Below are positions 31,901 to 40,743 of a DNA stretch of 64,000 nt, piece by piece. The notes beneath the pieces are model-generated. The model had not been told where the DNA came from, did not search any database, and saw only the letters and a program-made list of their open reading frames with translations. This DNA is from Ignavibacteriota bacterium (GTDB lineage Bacteria > Bacteroidota > Ignavibacteria > UBA10030 > UBA6906): NCBI GenBank assembly GCA_963801355.1, contig CAWDEM010000008.1, positions 544,001-608,000 of the forward strand, given 5' to 3'. The first letter of the stretch is position 1; every line of letters starts with the position of its first letter. The translations under genes were made by a program, and so were the position numbers.

Positions 31901-31948
31901 GGAAATGCACAAGAGGACTATCAGTGCCGACACTATGACCTTCCTCAT
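28901..31948 (-). CDS. TonB-dependent receptor (carboxypeptidase-regulatory-like domain + plug + barrel)
   Basis: GKIAGRVTD, IRGG, GGFNAEYGNVRSGVVNIVTKEG (plug), SPRIGISHP, GNPN and a C-terminal GVRVSF. Confidence 0.92.
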   Translation of the reverse strand: MRKVIVSALIVLLCISLPALAGPNGKIAGRVTDTENGQPLPGVGVTITGTLMGASTNVDGYYSILNVPPGTYTVQFSLVGYTKTRVENVRVVMELTSTINQQLKSTTIETGEVIVTAQRPVVTKDVSASRFNIESKNVETMPVQTVTSVLALQAGIEQGSDGIVIRGGGTNQTIFVVDGYILNDERTNIPYAAVGLSATKELQVQTGGFNAEYGNVRSGVVNIVTKEGDRSRYSGMVNVSYRPPAAKHFGMSLYDPGSYFNRPYTDEAVCWVGTKNGGWDQYTQHQYPYFQGWNAVSLATMQDKDPKNDLTPEGARQLWQWQRRRAGDITKPDYVIDAGVGGPLPFISEELGNLRFYLSHFNQRDMFVVPLSRDAYTENHTQLKLTADITPTMKLVVLGLYGEQYSVSPFDWTTAPTGYVLRSQSEVADLLSSTAGMNILYMPDYFSPSSVYRYTIGATLTHMLSPTTLYEVAVQRNQSRYSVHQSPLRDTSKVYEPVPGYFVDEAPYGYWGYSTGAIDGVMSTGGWMNLGRDESVNSTTSLRADLTTQFDMNNQFKAGFQFTYDDLDINSGTYSPSMSTWTRSMIYHVYPYRLGGFIQDKLEFQGFIANIGVRLDYSNPNNEYLNLGTYDLFFSQGLGNTIERAAPKEKSQSQTYISPRIGISHPITEDSKLYFNYGHFVSEPSSSMRFRLQRESNGLVTYLGNPNMEMEKTISYELGFEQNVMNELLVNIAAYYKDVTHQPGWIYYQNINTSVHYYEASSNNYADIRGFEVTLTKVPGSWIGGFINYTYDVQSSGYFDLTSYYQDVSKQRAYLQLNPYQTKPHPQPYARANITLRSPQEFGPTVLGIKPLEGWSLNILARWQAGSYATYNPNSIPGVVDNVQWSDNFNVDMRLMKTLVLYGFDVQLYMDVQNLFNIKLLNYAGFADSYDYQDYLASLCFDWMEGDKKGDDRIGEYRPDDVAYDPLEPNPNNDPTISARNQERKNRKSYIDMPNITSLTYLNPRNWVFGVRVSF

Positions 31949-32007
31949 GGTTGCGCTCCTCTAGGACAAAAACTCAATGATTGACATCCCATTCTTCAGT
32001 GTCATCC

Positions 32008-33042
32008 TTACATAGCGAACTTCACGGAAATGCGCTGGATATTGTTGAAGATCCTGTGAGGCATATACGAGTAATCGACCGCGATGCCGGCTTGCTGCAG
32101 GCCGATGCCGGCCGTCAGGTCGTAGTCCGGATGATTGGTAATGTACCCCACCCGGACCGCAACTGTCTTGCTGAAGACATACTCACCGCCGATATTCAGA
32201 AATTCCTCGTACGAGCGGGGGTGCACCGCATCGACAGAGGCGAAGAAGGAATGGTCCTCGCCGATTCCCGGCACGAGATCCAGCAGGTTCATGGAGATGC
32301 CGATCTTGAACGAGAGTGGAAGCTGGAAGCTTTCACGTTCGTACTTGATTTCCGGTGCGAAATTATTGACTGCGACGCCGAAGGCGAGACTCTTCAGTCC
32401 GGTCCTGAACATCGTGCCAAAATCGAATGCCAGGGTACCGATGGAGTAATCTCTCAACTCATTGGTAGTGTCCCGCCGCGTTGTCCCGTTACTGTTGACC
32501 ACGGTCGTGTACAGGGGCACAACGCTCTGGCCGAGGCTCTGATATGCATATTTGACCTGTCCGCCGACAGAGAATTGGTCAGAGAGGGCTCTCCCGTACC
32601 CGACTCCGATGACAAAAGCGCTGGGAAGCGGCCAACCTTCCATATCCTGGTACCCCTGATCGTTCGATGCAACCTGGGTGAAATGGAAATCCCCGTAGTT
32701 GATGGTCATGAAGCTCACCCCGATAACACCGTAGTCGCCTTGAAACGGACGGAAGGCAACGGTCCCCGACACATATTTGATATCGGCGATCCATTTCATG
32801 GGGCTGATCGAGAGGTCGACGAACGTCTTGATCCCGGCGAGGCCTGCGGGGTTGTAGAAGAGGGATGCTGAGGACCCCTCGATGGTTGTGAAGGCCTCTC
32901 CCATGCCGGTGGCACGAGCATCCGTGCCGACGCTCAGGAAGTTGAATCCGGTTTGTCCCAGTTTGGCTTGTCCGAATGCCGCCGATGCGAGCAAACCGGT
33001 CACGACGACAATCGTTGCGCTCCACATCCCGATTCGTTTCAT
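32008..33042 (-). CDS. PorV/PorQ family outer membrane beta-barrel
   Basis: FLSVGTDARATGMGEAF...SLFYNPAGLA FadL/PorV-type N-terminus, AVRVGY, IAVDYSY and a C-terminal ISVKFAM. ATGA overlap with the upstream gene. Confidence 0.88.
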   Translation of the reverse strand: MKRIGMWSATIVVVTGLLASAAFGQAKLGQTGFNFLSVGTDARATGMGEAFTTIEGSSASLFYNPAGLAGIKTFVDLSISPMKWIADIKYVSGTVAFRPFQGDYGVIGVSFMTINYGDFHFTQVASNDQGYQDMEGWPLPSAFVIGVGYGRALSDQFSVGGQVKYAYQSLGQSVVPLYTTVVNSNGTTRRDTTNELRDYSIGTLAFDFGTMFRTGLKSLAFGVAVNNFAPEIKYERESFQLPLSFKIGISMNLLDLVPGIGEDHSFFASVDAVHPRSYEEFLNIGGEYVFSKTVAVRVGYITNHPDYDLTAGIGLQQAGIAVDYSYMPHRIFNNIQRISVKFAM

Positions 33043-34247
33043 GGAAGAATTCCTCCAAAGTACGTCGCGCTCGTTTTGCCCCGGATGAGGAATTTTAAAA
33101 GCAGACCACTCGTGCTGCTCGCAAAGAGATCTTCCCCGCTTCCCCACCCCAGGAACTTGATACCGGTGCTGAAGAGGGATTGGTAGGCAACGTACGGAGC
33201 GTGGAAAGTTTTGTCTGACTCCACGATGACGAGTCCGTCTTGCGAGTCGGTGCCGATGTACAATACGCCGTCGGAGGAGAAGGTTATGGCCAATGGGACG
33301 GCGGTCGGATAGGCGGCGCCGAAGTCGAAATAGACCTCGGGTGTACCCAAAGCCCCGGAGGTGATCGGTGCCCGCCAGATCTTTTCTCCGGCGTCCGTCC
33401 TTGCGGCAATATAGAGGTAGTCATTGTACACCCTGACTGACCGGACGTAGCCGACAAACGGATACATCGCAGTGGCCTTGTTCTTGTCCACTCTGTAGAT
33501 GTTCGTGTTGTTCCCACCCCCCCAGATATTCCCGTCTTTGTCGAAATCAATATCGGAGATATACACACCGCTGCCGAACGACGTCCAGATGGCAGCGCTT
33601 GCGCCCCCGCCGGGATTGAACCGGTAAATTGCGCGGACATTTCTTACTCCGTACAGGTACCCTCCCGGCCCCATCTTCAGGCTCGTCCACTGTGTAACTC
33701 CCGTCGTCAGGGGTGCGTAGTTCGATCGGACACCGGCCGCAGTGAATTTCAAAATGCCGGCGTCATTGCCAAAGATGGCGTATCCTGCGTACAGGTTTCC
33801 CGCAGCATCGGTTGCGAGGGCGTTCGACAGGTCGCCGGCGGCAAGCCCGCCGAAGGACGCGGTCCCGGCGTGCAGCCGGTATTGGTACGTATTGCTGAAC
33901 GGCACTGCACCCCGGACGGCAACCCTTACGCCAATGCTGTCCATGGTGACGAGGGGCGCGATCATGCTGATCCGCGTGGGGGAGACCGAAAGCAGCACCG
34001 CCGGTGAGGAATTGAAATAGACGATATTGTTCGCCGGTACCGATGAAAAGTTCGTTCCCTGTATAGCGATCGTATCCATCCCGGCAAATGCGGCGCCTGC
34101 CGGACTGATGCTGGTGATCGTCGGTGAGAGACCTTGAGGCTCGTTGGGATCATACAATCCCATGCTTTCGGGTTCCGTACAGCCGCCCAGCGCAAAAAGG
34201 CCGAGCACCACAAGAAGAAGCGAAAGAGACGTGTTCAGAGGACGCAT
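33039..34247 (-). CDS. IPT/TIG domain lipoprotein with a beta-propeller (NHL/SMP-30-like repeats)
   Basis: Lipobox LGGC, PTITSISP...IQGTNFS, and repeats ALATDAAGNLY, IDFDKDGNIW and ITFSSDGVLYIG. Confidence 0.82.
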   Translation of the reverse strand: MRPLNTSLSLLLVVLGLFALGGCTEPESMGLYDPNEPQGLSPTITSISPAGAAFAGMDTIAIQGTNFSSVPANNIVYFNSSPAVLLSVSPTRISMIAPLVTMDSIGVRVAVRGAVPFSNTYQYRLHAGTASFGGLAAGDLSNALATDAAGNLYAGYAIFGNDAGILKFTAAGVRSNYAPLTTGVTQWTSLKMGPGGYLYGVRNVRAIYRFNPGGGASAAIWTSFGSGVYISDIDFDKDGNIWGGGNNTNIYRVDKNKATAMYPFVGYVRSVRVYNDYLYIAARTDAGEKIWRAPITSGALGTPEVYFDFGAAYPTAVPLAITFSSDGVLYIGTDSQDGLVIVESDKTFHAPYVAYQSLFSTGIKFLGWGSGEDLFASSTSGLLLKFLIRGKTSATYFGGILP

Positions 34248-34320
34248 AGATGTGCCTTCCTCCTAGGATTCGAAGCTGTTTATGTGGCAGGTATCCGGGG
34301 TTGCTCGGAATGCATGGCGA

Positions 34321-34349
34321 AATGTATCTCTCTCATTTTCCAAAGTCAA
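34321..34349 (-). promoter_or_regulatory. Putative sigma70 promoter for the IPT-PorV-TBDR operon
   Basis: TTGACT-17 nt-TACATT on the minus strand, about 75 nt upstream of the ATG. Confidence 0.55.
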
Positions 34350-34389
34350 CTACTCAGCAAAAATGCTTGGGCTTCTTTTCTTGGGTCTC

Positions 34390-35217
34390 TTACTGCTGCA
34401 CCAACTCCACACGGCGGTTTTTCGCTTTGCCTTCTTCCGTGTCGTTGGAGGCGACGGGAGCATACGGGCCGTTCCCAAACGACTTTAGACGTGAGGCGGA
34501 GATTCCCTGTTTGTGGGTCAACATCTGTACCACGGCTGTCGCCCTGGCTTCCGAGAGCTTCATATTGGATTCAAGCCCGCCGACGTTGTCAGTATGTCCT
34601 ACTACGTACAACTTCAAACCGGCGTCTTTCTTGAGGAGTTTGGCAATCTCCCCGATGGCCTGCTCTGACTCAGGCTTGATGTCGGATTTGCCGGTGTCAA
34701 AGAAGATACCGTACACTGCAGTGTGGCCTGTGTTCCTGAGTTCATCCAAAAAGACGTCAGCGTTGGCAACGATGTCCTGGCTCATGGCCTGTTTCTCGAC
34801 AATGTACAACCAGTACTTGCCGGTGAATTCCGCCCTGACACACACCCAGAACTCCTTTCCGTCCTTGGTCAGCTGCATCGTCTCGAGACTCTTTTCGCTG
34901 TAGAGGACCTTTCCTCCAAGCTTCTTGACTGCATTCTCAAAGTTGCGCAAAATCTGGAGCTCGCTGGGTTTGACCTTTGCTGTCGCTTGAGGATAGTAGT
35001 CAATTCGCCAGAAATGTCCCTCGACCTGCTCGGTCTTCCCTTTCGCAACCGGGAACGCATAGGCGTCAAATGCTCTTTCAATGCAGCCGTGAATCCAGGT
35101 GGTAGGCATTCGTGTGAAGAGAGGATGATCCTTGCAGTCCTTAACGTCATTCTGTTGCGCCATTCCGAGAATGATGAAACACAATGTGCACGCGCAGAGC
35201 ACGATACTTCTTTTCAT
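34390..35217 (-). CDS. OmpA family peptidoglycan-binding protein (DUF4892-like N-terminus)
   Basis: DHPLFTRMP N-terminus; IFFDTGKSDIK, VGHTDNVG, NMKLSEARA and NRRVELV. Confidence 0.9.
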   Translation of the reverse strand: MKRSIVLCACTLCFIILGMAQQNDVKDCKDHPLFTRMPTTWIHGCIERAFDAYAFPVAKGKTEQVEGHFWRIDYYPQATAKVKPSELQILRNFENAVKKLGGKVLYSEKSLETMQLTKDGKEFWVCVRAEFTGKYWLYIVEKQAMSQDIVANADVFLDELRNTGHTAVYGIFFDTGKSDIKPESEQAIGEIAKLLKKDAGLKLYVVGHTDNVGGLESNMKLSEARATAVVQMLTHKQGISASRLKSFGNGPYAPVASNDTEEGKAKNRRVELVQQ

Positions 35218-35298
35218 TGAGGCCTCCGGAACGATTGACCGTTGATTGGTAATAGTGCGAGTGAGAAATGGCGATCAGTTGCCCATATCTTCGGAGAA

Positions 35299-35327
35299 AT
35301 AATAGCGAAGAATTAGCAGGAGGTCAA
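35299..35327 (-). promoter_or_regulatory. Putative sigma70 promoter for the OmpA-family gene
   Basis: TTGACC-17 nt-TATTAT. Confidence 0.55.
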
Positions 35328-35404
35328 GGGCTCACGAAGATCTTGAATCTCGTAATGCAAAAGCATGCCCGGATGCGAATGCCGTTTGCAGCTCAGCCGA
35401 CTGC

Positions 35405-37102
35405 CTATCTTTCCAAACCGACCACGACAAGGAGCCTGAAACTCACCGGCTCCTGTACAGCCCAGACATTCCGTTGGGTGAGGTTGACAAGCGTGCTCCC
35501 GGACTCTGTAAGTTCCGTATTTTTCTCCAGCAGATATGCAAGAGGGAGTTGCATCGTCGCCAGGATCTGCATGGGGCCCCAGCCGCAGGAAAACCCGACC
35601 GAGCCGGACATCCAGGTTTCGTTCTTGAAGTCATGCCGCGTATGAGATGGAGTGAAAGCGTATTCCTTGCTCCCATCAGGGATTGCTGAACTGCCGTAAT
35701 CCTTCGTGATGAAACTGTATTTGCGGAGCAGCAGAAGTGAGGCCAGCGCAGAGAAGCGTCCGCTTATGGTGATACCGGTGGATGCTTCGAATCCCGTGGC
35801 AAAGAAAGTGCACCTGCCCCGTGAAAAGGATTCCCACGAAGGGCTGAAACCTCCCTCTGAGGGAGAGGAATTTCTGACGACACCATTTTGCGTCGCTCCG
35901 ATCGAGCCGTTCCACCTGGGGGAAGTGTTCACCATTCCGGTTGTGGAGAGCTCGAACAGAAGTCCAAAATCAAAATAGCTCTTGCCGAATCTGTATGTCA
36001 TCCAGGGGTTCACCTCAATCGTATATTCATTCTCCGCGTCGCTCCTGAGGGGTTCGCTGTCGAGATCGCTGTCGGTACTCACGGTGTTGTTGTCGCGATC
36101 GGCGTATTGCAGGAAGAATAACAGACCCACATCAGCGTCCCCGATTTTCCAGAAGCGGATCTTCGAGTAGGCACGTATCAGATCATCCGCTATTTTGTCC
36201 TCGTAGCGGCTGTCGGTGATGTATGTGCCGTGAAAATTTGAGCCCGGGACGGTATCGGCCAGGCTGCTGCGCCAGGAGTAGGTCTGCCCCCGCTCGCTCC
36301 TGTTTCTGTAGCGGATTGCGGACTTGTGATCACCGTGTTCGTAGCTCAGCTGCAGGTCGAGCTGCCCTCCCCTGTAGAGGGTATAGTCATTCAAGAACCA
36401 GGCGTCGAAGTTCTGACTGGACGTCTGAAAGATGTGCGCGCAGGGAGTTGTGGTCCAACCCCAGGTGATATGCTCCGATTTCGTTTCCGTGCCGTTCTTC
36501 GTGAATACGATTTCCGATTCCGGGCGTCCCGTGTTCTTGGATTGGTACTGTACTCTCAGTCCTACGGGATTGCCGAAGAGGTAGTTCGCATACACGAGCT
36601 GGACATCATAGTACCGTCTGACGGCGTCCGTTCGCGCATTTACCGGAATCAGCTCCATGGTACTGTTGTTTCGTACGATCCCGTCCGCCCTCAGTTCCAT
36701 GTCAATTCTGTTTGTTCCCAGTTCCAGGTAGACTTTCCCAAAATCGCCGAAACTCCAGATTCCCCCCACGCTATATCTGTTGTTGTAGGCATACGACGAA
36801 ACTCTCATGAAGGATCGGACTGCGATCGGGTCGCCGGCGTACCCGTCGGGGACGGGGAAATCGAAATTGTTGTAGTTACTTATGTATGTATCGTTCGGGC
36901 GTTCACTCATGTTTGTCACATGGCCCTGCCACGGAAGCGTCTGCGGATACATGTAGCAAAACGCAGCCTTGCCCGGCCACCGCAGAATGTCATGTGGATA
37001 GGCAAGAAATGTATAAAAGGGATTGCTGCCGATAGTGAAATTGGGATTGGCAGGGGCAGACAACGGTGACAGCAGCACGAAAGCAACGATCAGCCTTTTC
37101 AT
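35405..37102 (-). CDS. Hypothetical exported protein, probable outer-membrane beta-barrel
   Basis: Signal peptide and many aromatic amphipathic beta-strands (YYDVQLVY, LDLQLSY, YFDFGLLFE). No family recognised. Confidence 0.7.
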   Translation of the reverse strand: MKRLIVAFVLLSPLSAPANPNFTIGSNPFYTFLAYPHDILRWPGKAAFCYMYPQTLPWQGHVTNMSERPNDTYISNYNNFDFPVPDGYAGDPIAVRSFMRVSSYAYNNRYSVGGIWSFGDFGKVYLELGTNRIDMELRADGIVRNNSTMELIPVNARTDAVRRYYDVQLVYANYLFGNPVGLRVQYQSKNTGRPESEIVFTKNGTETKSEHITWGWTTTPCAHIFQTSSQNFDAWFLNDYTLYRGGQLDLQLSYEHGDHKSAIRYRNRSERGQTYSWRSSLADTVPGSNFHGTYITDSRYEDKIADDLIRAYSKIRFWKIGDADVGLLFFLQYADRDNNTVSTDSDLDSEPLRSDAENEYTIEVNPWMTYRFGKSYFDFGLLFELSTTGMVNTSPRWNGSIGATQNGVVRNSSPSEGGFSPSWESFSRGRCTFFATGFEASTGITISGRFSALASLLLLRKYSFITKDYGSSAIPDGSKEYAFTPSHTRHDFKNETWMSGSVGFSCGWGPMQILATMQLPLAYLLEKNTELTESGSTLVNLTQRNVWAVQEPVSFRLLVVVGLER

Positions 37103-37144
37103 AGCGGTTCCCCGAGAGACTTGCCGACTGTGCTTTCATGAATC

Positions 37145-37159
37145 TCAAAGACCGTGCCA
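37145..37159 (-). promoter_or_regulatory. Possible sigma54 (-24/-12) promoter
   Basis: TGGCAC-GGTCT-TTGA against consensus TGGCAC-N5-TTGC, about 43 nt upstream of ATG 37102. Confidence 0.4.
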
Positions 37160-37289
37160 TACGATCCCGCAGCAACGCGCCGGGTGTTTGTGACTCTCTG
37201 GAACTCCATCCGTTTGTAAAACAGTCCGGTGCTTTGCAATCTCTACTGTAACCCAAGTCCGGCAGTCGTGTCACTCGGGCTTGATGAAC

Positions 37290-37324
37290 AAAAACAGTGA
37301 AGGCATCCTGAGAGGGATGCCTTC
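37290..37324 (-). terminator. Intrinsic terminator after the DUF937-OmpA gene
   Basis: GAAGGCATCC/GGATGCCTTC 10-bp stem, followed by ACTGTTTTTG on the minus strand. Confidence 0.75.
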
Positions 37325-37348
37325 GGTGCACTGCGATGATTTCCGGGA

Positions 37349-38563
37349 CTACTTTGCGGTAACGCGCAGAGCGATCCTTCTGTTTAAAGCGCGCCCTTCC
37401 GGAACGTTGTTATCCGCGATCGGATGCTGGTCGCCGTATCCTTCCGCTGCCATCCGGTCCGCGGCGATACCGTACTTGACCAGTTCGTTCATGACATTTG
37501 TCGCGCGGTCCTGCGACAGCTTCATGTTTGCTGCAGGGTTGCCGACATTGTCGGTGTAGCCGCCGATCTTCACCTTCACAGCGGGGAAAGCCTTCAGGAT
37601 CTCGGCGATATTCTTGAGTTGTTCCGCTGATTCCGGCTTCAACGTTGCGGCCCCCGTCTCGAATTGGAGCCTGTCAAAGTCAAACCAGGTGGTCTTGTCG
37701 ATGGGCTTGCTTGCATCCTCGATGAATGCAAGAAGTGTGTTTTCGATCCCGAACTCCGGGATGTTCAGATCGACATGCGTGGGAAGGGATTTCTTCAAGA
37801 ATGCCCCGAGTTTGTCTGCGGCGGCATCGATCTTCTGCGCGGCTGCCTCAGTCACGACTTTAAGTGAGTCGACCGCCGCGGCCGGTTCCGTCTTTCCGCA
37901 TCCGCGAAGCAAGAGCCAGAGGCCGATGATGACGGCGAGGAGGATCAGTAGTGGCCAGAGCCAGGAGCTCCCCTTTTTCCCTGCACTCGCTGCACCGCTC
38001 ACGAGGTTGCCGCCGAGATTTTTCAGGTTGCCAAGGCCCAGAACGCCGGCAAGTGCTTGCGGGGCGGCGCTGATGATGCTGTCCTTCTGTGACACGAGCA
38101 AATTTGTCAGGCCCCCGAGATTCAGCCCACCCTTGCGGATGCGATCTCCCAGGACACCCATGATGAGGGGACCCGCCATACTGAGCAGCGAGCTGGCGGA
38201 AGAATTCTTGATGCCGGCAAAATTGCTGAGCACGCCGGCAATGGATGTCAACTTGTCACCGAAAATCGACGAGAGAAATTTCCCGCCGAGTGCGTTGATT
38301 GGATCCTTTGAACTCCCGCCCAGCAGGCTGCCGACGTTACTCAAGATGCTCCCGTCGTTTGCCTTGTCCTTCAGCAGGTCAAAGATCTGGCCCATTGCGC
38401 CGGAGTCCTGTGCTTTGCCCAGGATACCTCCAAGGATGGTCGGAAATACCGCTCCCACGGCCTTGGTCGTTGCACTTTCAGATTCGCCCAGCATGCCGCA
38501 GGCCTTGGAGATCAGGTCGGGGGTGACGAGCGCCTTCAGTGAATCAAGCAGATTTGTTGCCAT
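37349..38563 (-). CDS. OmpA family protein with an N-terminal DUF937-like domain and a TM anchor
   Basis: Gly/Leu-rich helical N-domain (LLSMAGPLIMGVLG), TM WLWPLLILLAVIIGLWLLL, and OmpA-C motifs FETGAATL, GGYTDNVG, LSQDRA and NRRIALRV. Confidence 0.88.
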   Translation of the reverse strand: MATNLLDSLKALVTPDLISKACGMLGESESATTKAVGAVFPTILGGILGKAQDSGAMGQIFDLLKDKANDGSILSNVGSLLGGSSKDPINALGGKFLSSIFGDKLTSIAGVLSNFAGIKNSSASSLLSMAGPLIMGVLGDRIRKGGLNLGGLTNLLVSQKDSIISAAPQALAGVLGLGNLKNLGGNLVSGAASAGKKGSSWLWPLLILLAVIIGLWLLLRGCGKTEPAAAVDSLKVVTEAAAQKIDAAADKLGAFLKKSLPTHVDLNIPEFGIENTLLAFIEDASKPIDKTTWFDFDRLQFETGAATLKPESAEQLKNIAEILKAFPAVKVKIGGYTDNVGNPAANMKLSQDRATNVMNELVKYGIAADRMAAEGYGDQHPIADNNVPEGRALNRRIALRVTAK

Positions 38564-38848
38564 AGGGTTTGCTCCTCTCGAGTGGTTGTTACATAAGGGC
38601 AAAGGGGGCTCGGATAAACGGTCATCGTTTAGCCAAACAATGATAACGAATTCCTATGTCAATAGATGCAGGCAGCAGGCAATCCTCAATGTATGCTGTT
38701 CCATTTGTCCCCGATGACGAGTAGGCCCCATATTGAGGCAAAAAGGCGACAGCTCAGCGCCTTTCAGAGAGTGTGCCGAATAAAAAACGAACAAAGGATG
38801 CCATGAAGTTATTTTGCGACGGACGGGGATTTGTTGAATTCCGCCCCA

Positions 38849-38874
38849 CCCGCTCCGGAAGAATCCGGAGCGGG
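38849..38874. terminator. Perfect 11-bp hairpin downstream of a small gene (terminator-like)
   Basis: CCCGCTCCGGA-AGAA-TCCGGAGCGGG, with no clear U-tract. Confidence 0.5.
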
Positions 38875-38913
38875 CGTGACGAACAGAATCGTTACGCGGA
38901 CGACGGACCAGAA

Positions 38914-39285
38914 TTACTTTGGCGCAATCGCCAGCACTTTCACATCAGGCTTGCCGATCACCCCGGCTTTTTCCATGACTTCCTTGAGCTTTGGACTGGT
39001 CGCGAATGCGTCTGCAGCAGCAGCGCTGGGGAATTCTCCGACGATGCTGACCATGTTGGGTTTGTTCACATCCGCATAGACGCCCCGAATAACAAACCCG
39101 GCGCTCTTACGATTGAGTTCGTCCGCGTCGAATGCTTTGCGCCAGACAGGATAGTCCTTCACTTCGTGTGTAATAATGACTGTCACTTTGCCGGCATGCG
39201 TGGACGCCTTCATTGCCTCTTTCGCAGAGAGGCCGACAGCAAGGCACAGAGTCATTGCTGCCACAAGAACCAATTGTTTTACCAT
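38914..39285 (-). CDS. Small exported dimeric alpha/beta-barrel-like protein (ABM/DUF3764-like)
   Basis: Signal peptide, then HEVKDYPVWRKAFDAD...KEVMEKAGVIGKP. Confidence 0.75.
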   Translation of the reverse strand: MVKQLVLVAAMTLCLAVGLSAKEAMKASTHAGKVTVIITHEVKDYPVWRKAFDADELNRKSAGFVIRGVYADVNKPNMVSIVGEFPSAAAADAFATSPKLKEVMEKAGVIGKPDVKVLAIAPK

Positions 39286-39402
39286 AGTGCGCTCCATTGT
39301 GGTGGTTGAGTGTGAATTGGCGCGTAGAGTTGTTGTCTCACCTACGCCTATAGCCCTGTGAATTGTTAACCAAAAGATCCGCATATTCGTTCCGCGGCAA
39401 GT

Positions 39403-39431
39403 TTGACTCTTCCTTCCTCGCGCCGTACTTT
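39403..39431 (+). promoter_or_regulatory. Putative sigma70 promoter for the D-TA family gene
   Basis: TTGACT-17 nt-TACTTT. Confidence 0.5.
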
Positions 39432-39474
39432 CAATAGGACCCTGTTCTTTCCCTCTTGACACCGGAGTGCCTCT

Positions 39475-40599
39475 ATGATGCAGAAATCAGATTCAACCTG
39501 GTATCAGATTGAGAATGTCGATGAAATCGATTCGCCCGCGCTCGTGGTCTATCCGGACCGCGTTATGGCGAACATACGGGCAGCCAAGAAAATCGTGCAG
39601 GATGTGACATTGCTGCGGCCACATGTGAAAACGCACAAGTCACCTGATGCCGTACGGCTGCAGCTGTCCGAGGGCATCAGCAAGTTCAAGTGTGCCACGA
39701 TCGCGGAAGCCGAAATGCTCGCGCTCGCCGGAGCGAGGGACGTGCTCCTTGCCTACCAGCCGGTGGGTCCGAAGATACGACGGCTTCGAGCCCTGACACG
39801 AACGTACCCTCGAACGACATTCGCGTGCCTGGTGGACGACATGACCCCCGCAAACGCTATTGCAGACGTATTTGCGGGAGAATCTGAACCACTTCGCGTT
39901 TTCCTGGACCTCAACGTTGGTATGAACCGTACAGGTATCGTTCCCGGAGACGGTGCGCTGCAGTTATACCGCGCATGTGCTGCAATGCACGGAATCCGGC
40001 CGGTGGGGTTGCATGCCTATGACGGGCATATCCACGACAAGGATCTCCTGCTCAGGAGTCAGCGCTGCAGTGCGGCCTTCGCGCCCGTTCTCACGATGCA
40101 GGAGGACCTGATGCCGAACGGGGCCGGCGTGCCTCTCGTTGTTGCGGGTGGATCGCCAACGTTTCCTTTGCATTCCCGTCACGCGGGTGTGGAGTGCAGC
40201 CCCGGAACCTTCGTCTACTGGGACAAGTCTTACCTGGATGGGCTACCGGACCAGGGTTTTCTTCCTGCGGCGCTGGTCATTGCGAGGGTCATTTCTCGTC
40301 CGACTGCGCAGACTCTGTGCCTCGACCTGGGTCACAAGTCCGTGGCGGCGGAAAACGACATTCTTCACCGGGTGATCTTCCTGAATGCAGCCGGTGCGGA
40401 AGTCCTCTCACAAAGCGAAGAGCATCTGCTCCTCAGCGTGAGAGACAGCGGTATGCACGCGGTTGGCGAGGTCTTGTATGGATTGCCCTTCCACATCTGT
40501 CCGACATGCGCACTGTATGAACGCGCAATAACTATTGTGGATCATAGGGCGCAGAGCGAGTGGACCGTGGTGGCTCGAGATCGTTTCATCAACATATAA
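39475..40599 (+). CDS. D-threonine aldolase / D-serine dehydratase family PLP enzyme
   Basis: DSPAL, RPHVKTHK, CATIAEAE, GMNRTG, YDGH, SEEH and PFHICPT. Confidence 0.9.
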   Translation: MMQKSDSTWYQIENVDEIDSPALVVYPDRVMANIRAAKKIVQDVTLLRPHVKTHKSPDAVRLQLSEGISKFKCATIAEAEMLALAGARDVLLAYQPVGPKIRRLRALTRTYPRTTFACLVDDMTPANAIADVFAGESEPLRVFLDLNVGMNRTGIVPGDGALQLYRACAAMHGIRPVGLHAYDGHIHDKDLLLRSQRCSAAFAPVLTMQEDLMPNGAGVPLVVAGGSPTFPLHSRHAGVECSPGTFVYWDKSYLDGLPDQGFLPAALVIARVISRPTAQTLCLDLGHKSVAAENDILHRVIFLNAAGAEVLSQSEEHLLLSVRDSGMHAVGEVLYGLPFHICPTCALYERAITIVDHRAQSEWTVVARDRFINI

Positions 40600-40743
40600 C
40601 GAAGCGCCGTTCAGCTTCCCGTACGGTGCAAGCTGTTGGGGCGCGTGCTGTGTTTTCTTCAGGATATCGTCTGATGTGACATCACACACGTATTGTACAC
40701 GGCAGAGGAAGAGCTGATGTGTCGCGCAGCTTGGAGGAGTGAA

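Noticed and set aside
28829-31984. Long plus-strand ORFs (461 aa and 566 aa) antisense to the TonB receptor
   Set aside because: Shadow ORFs produced by GC-rich codon bias. They have no motifs and fully overlap a well-supported gene.
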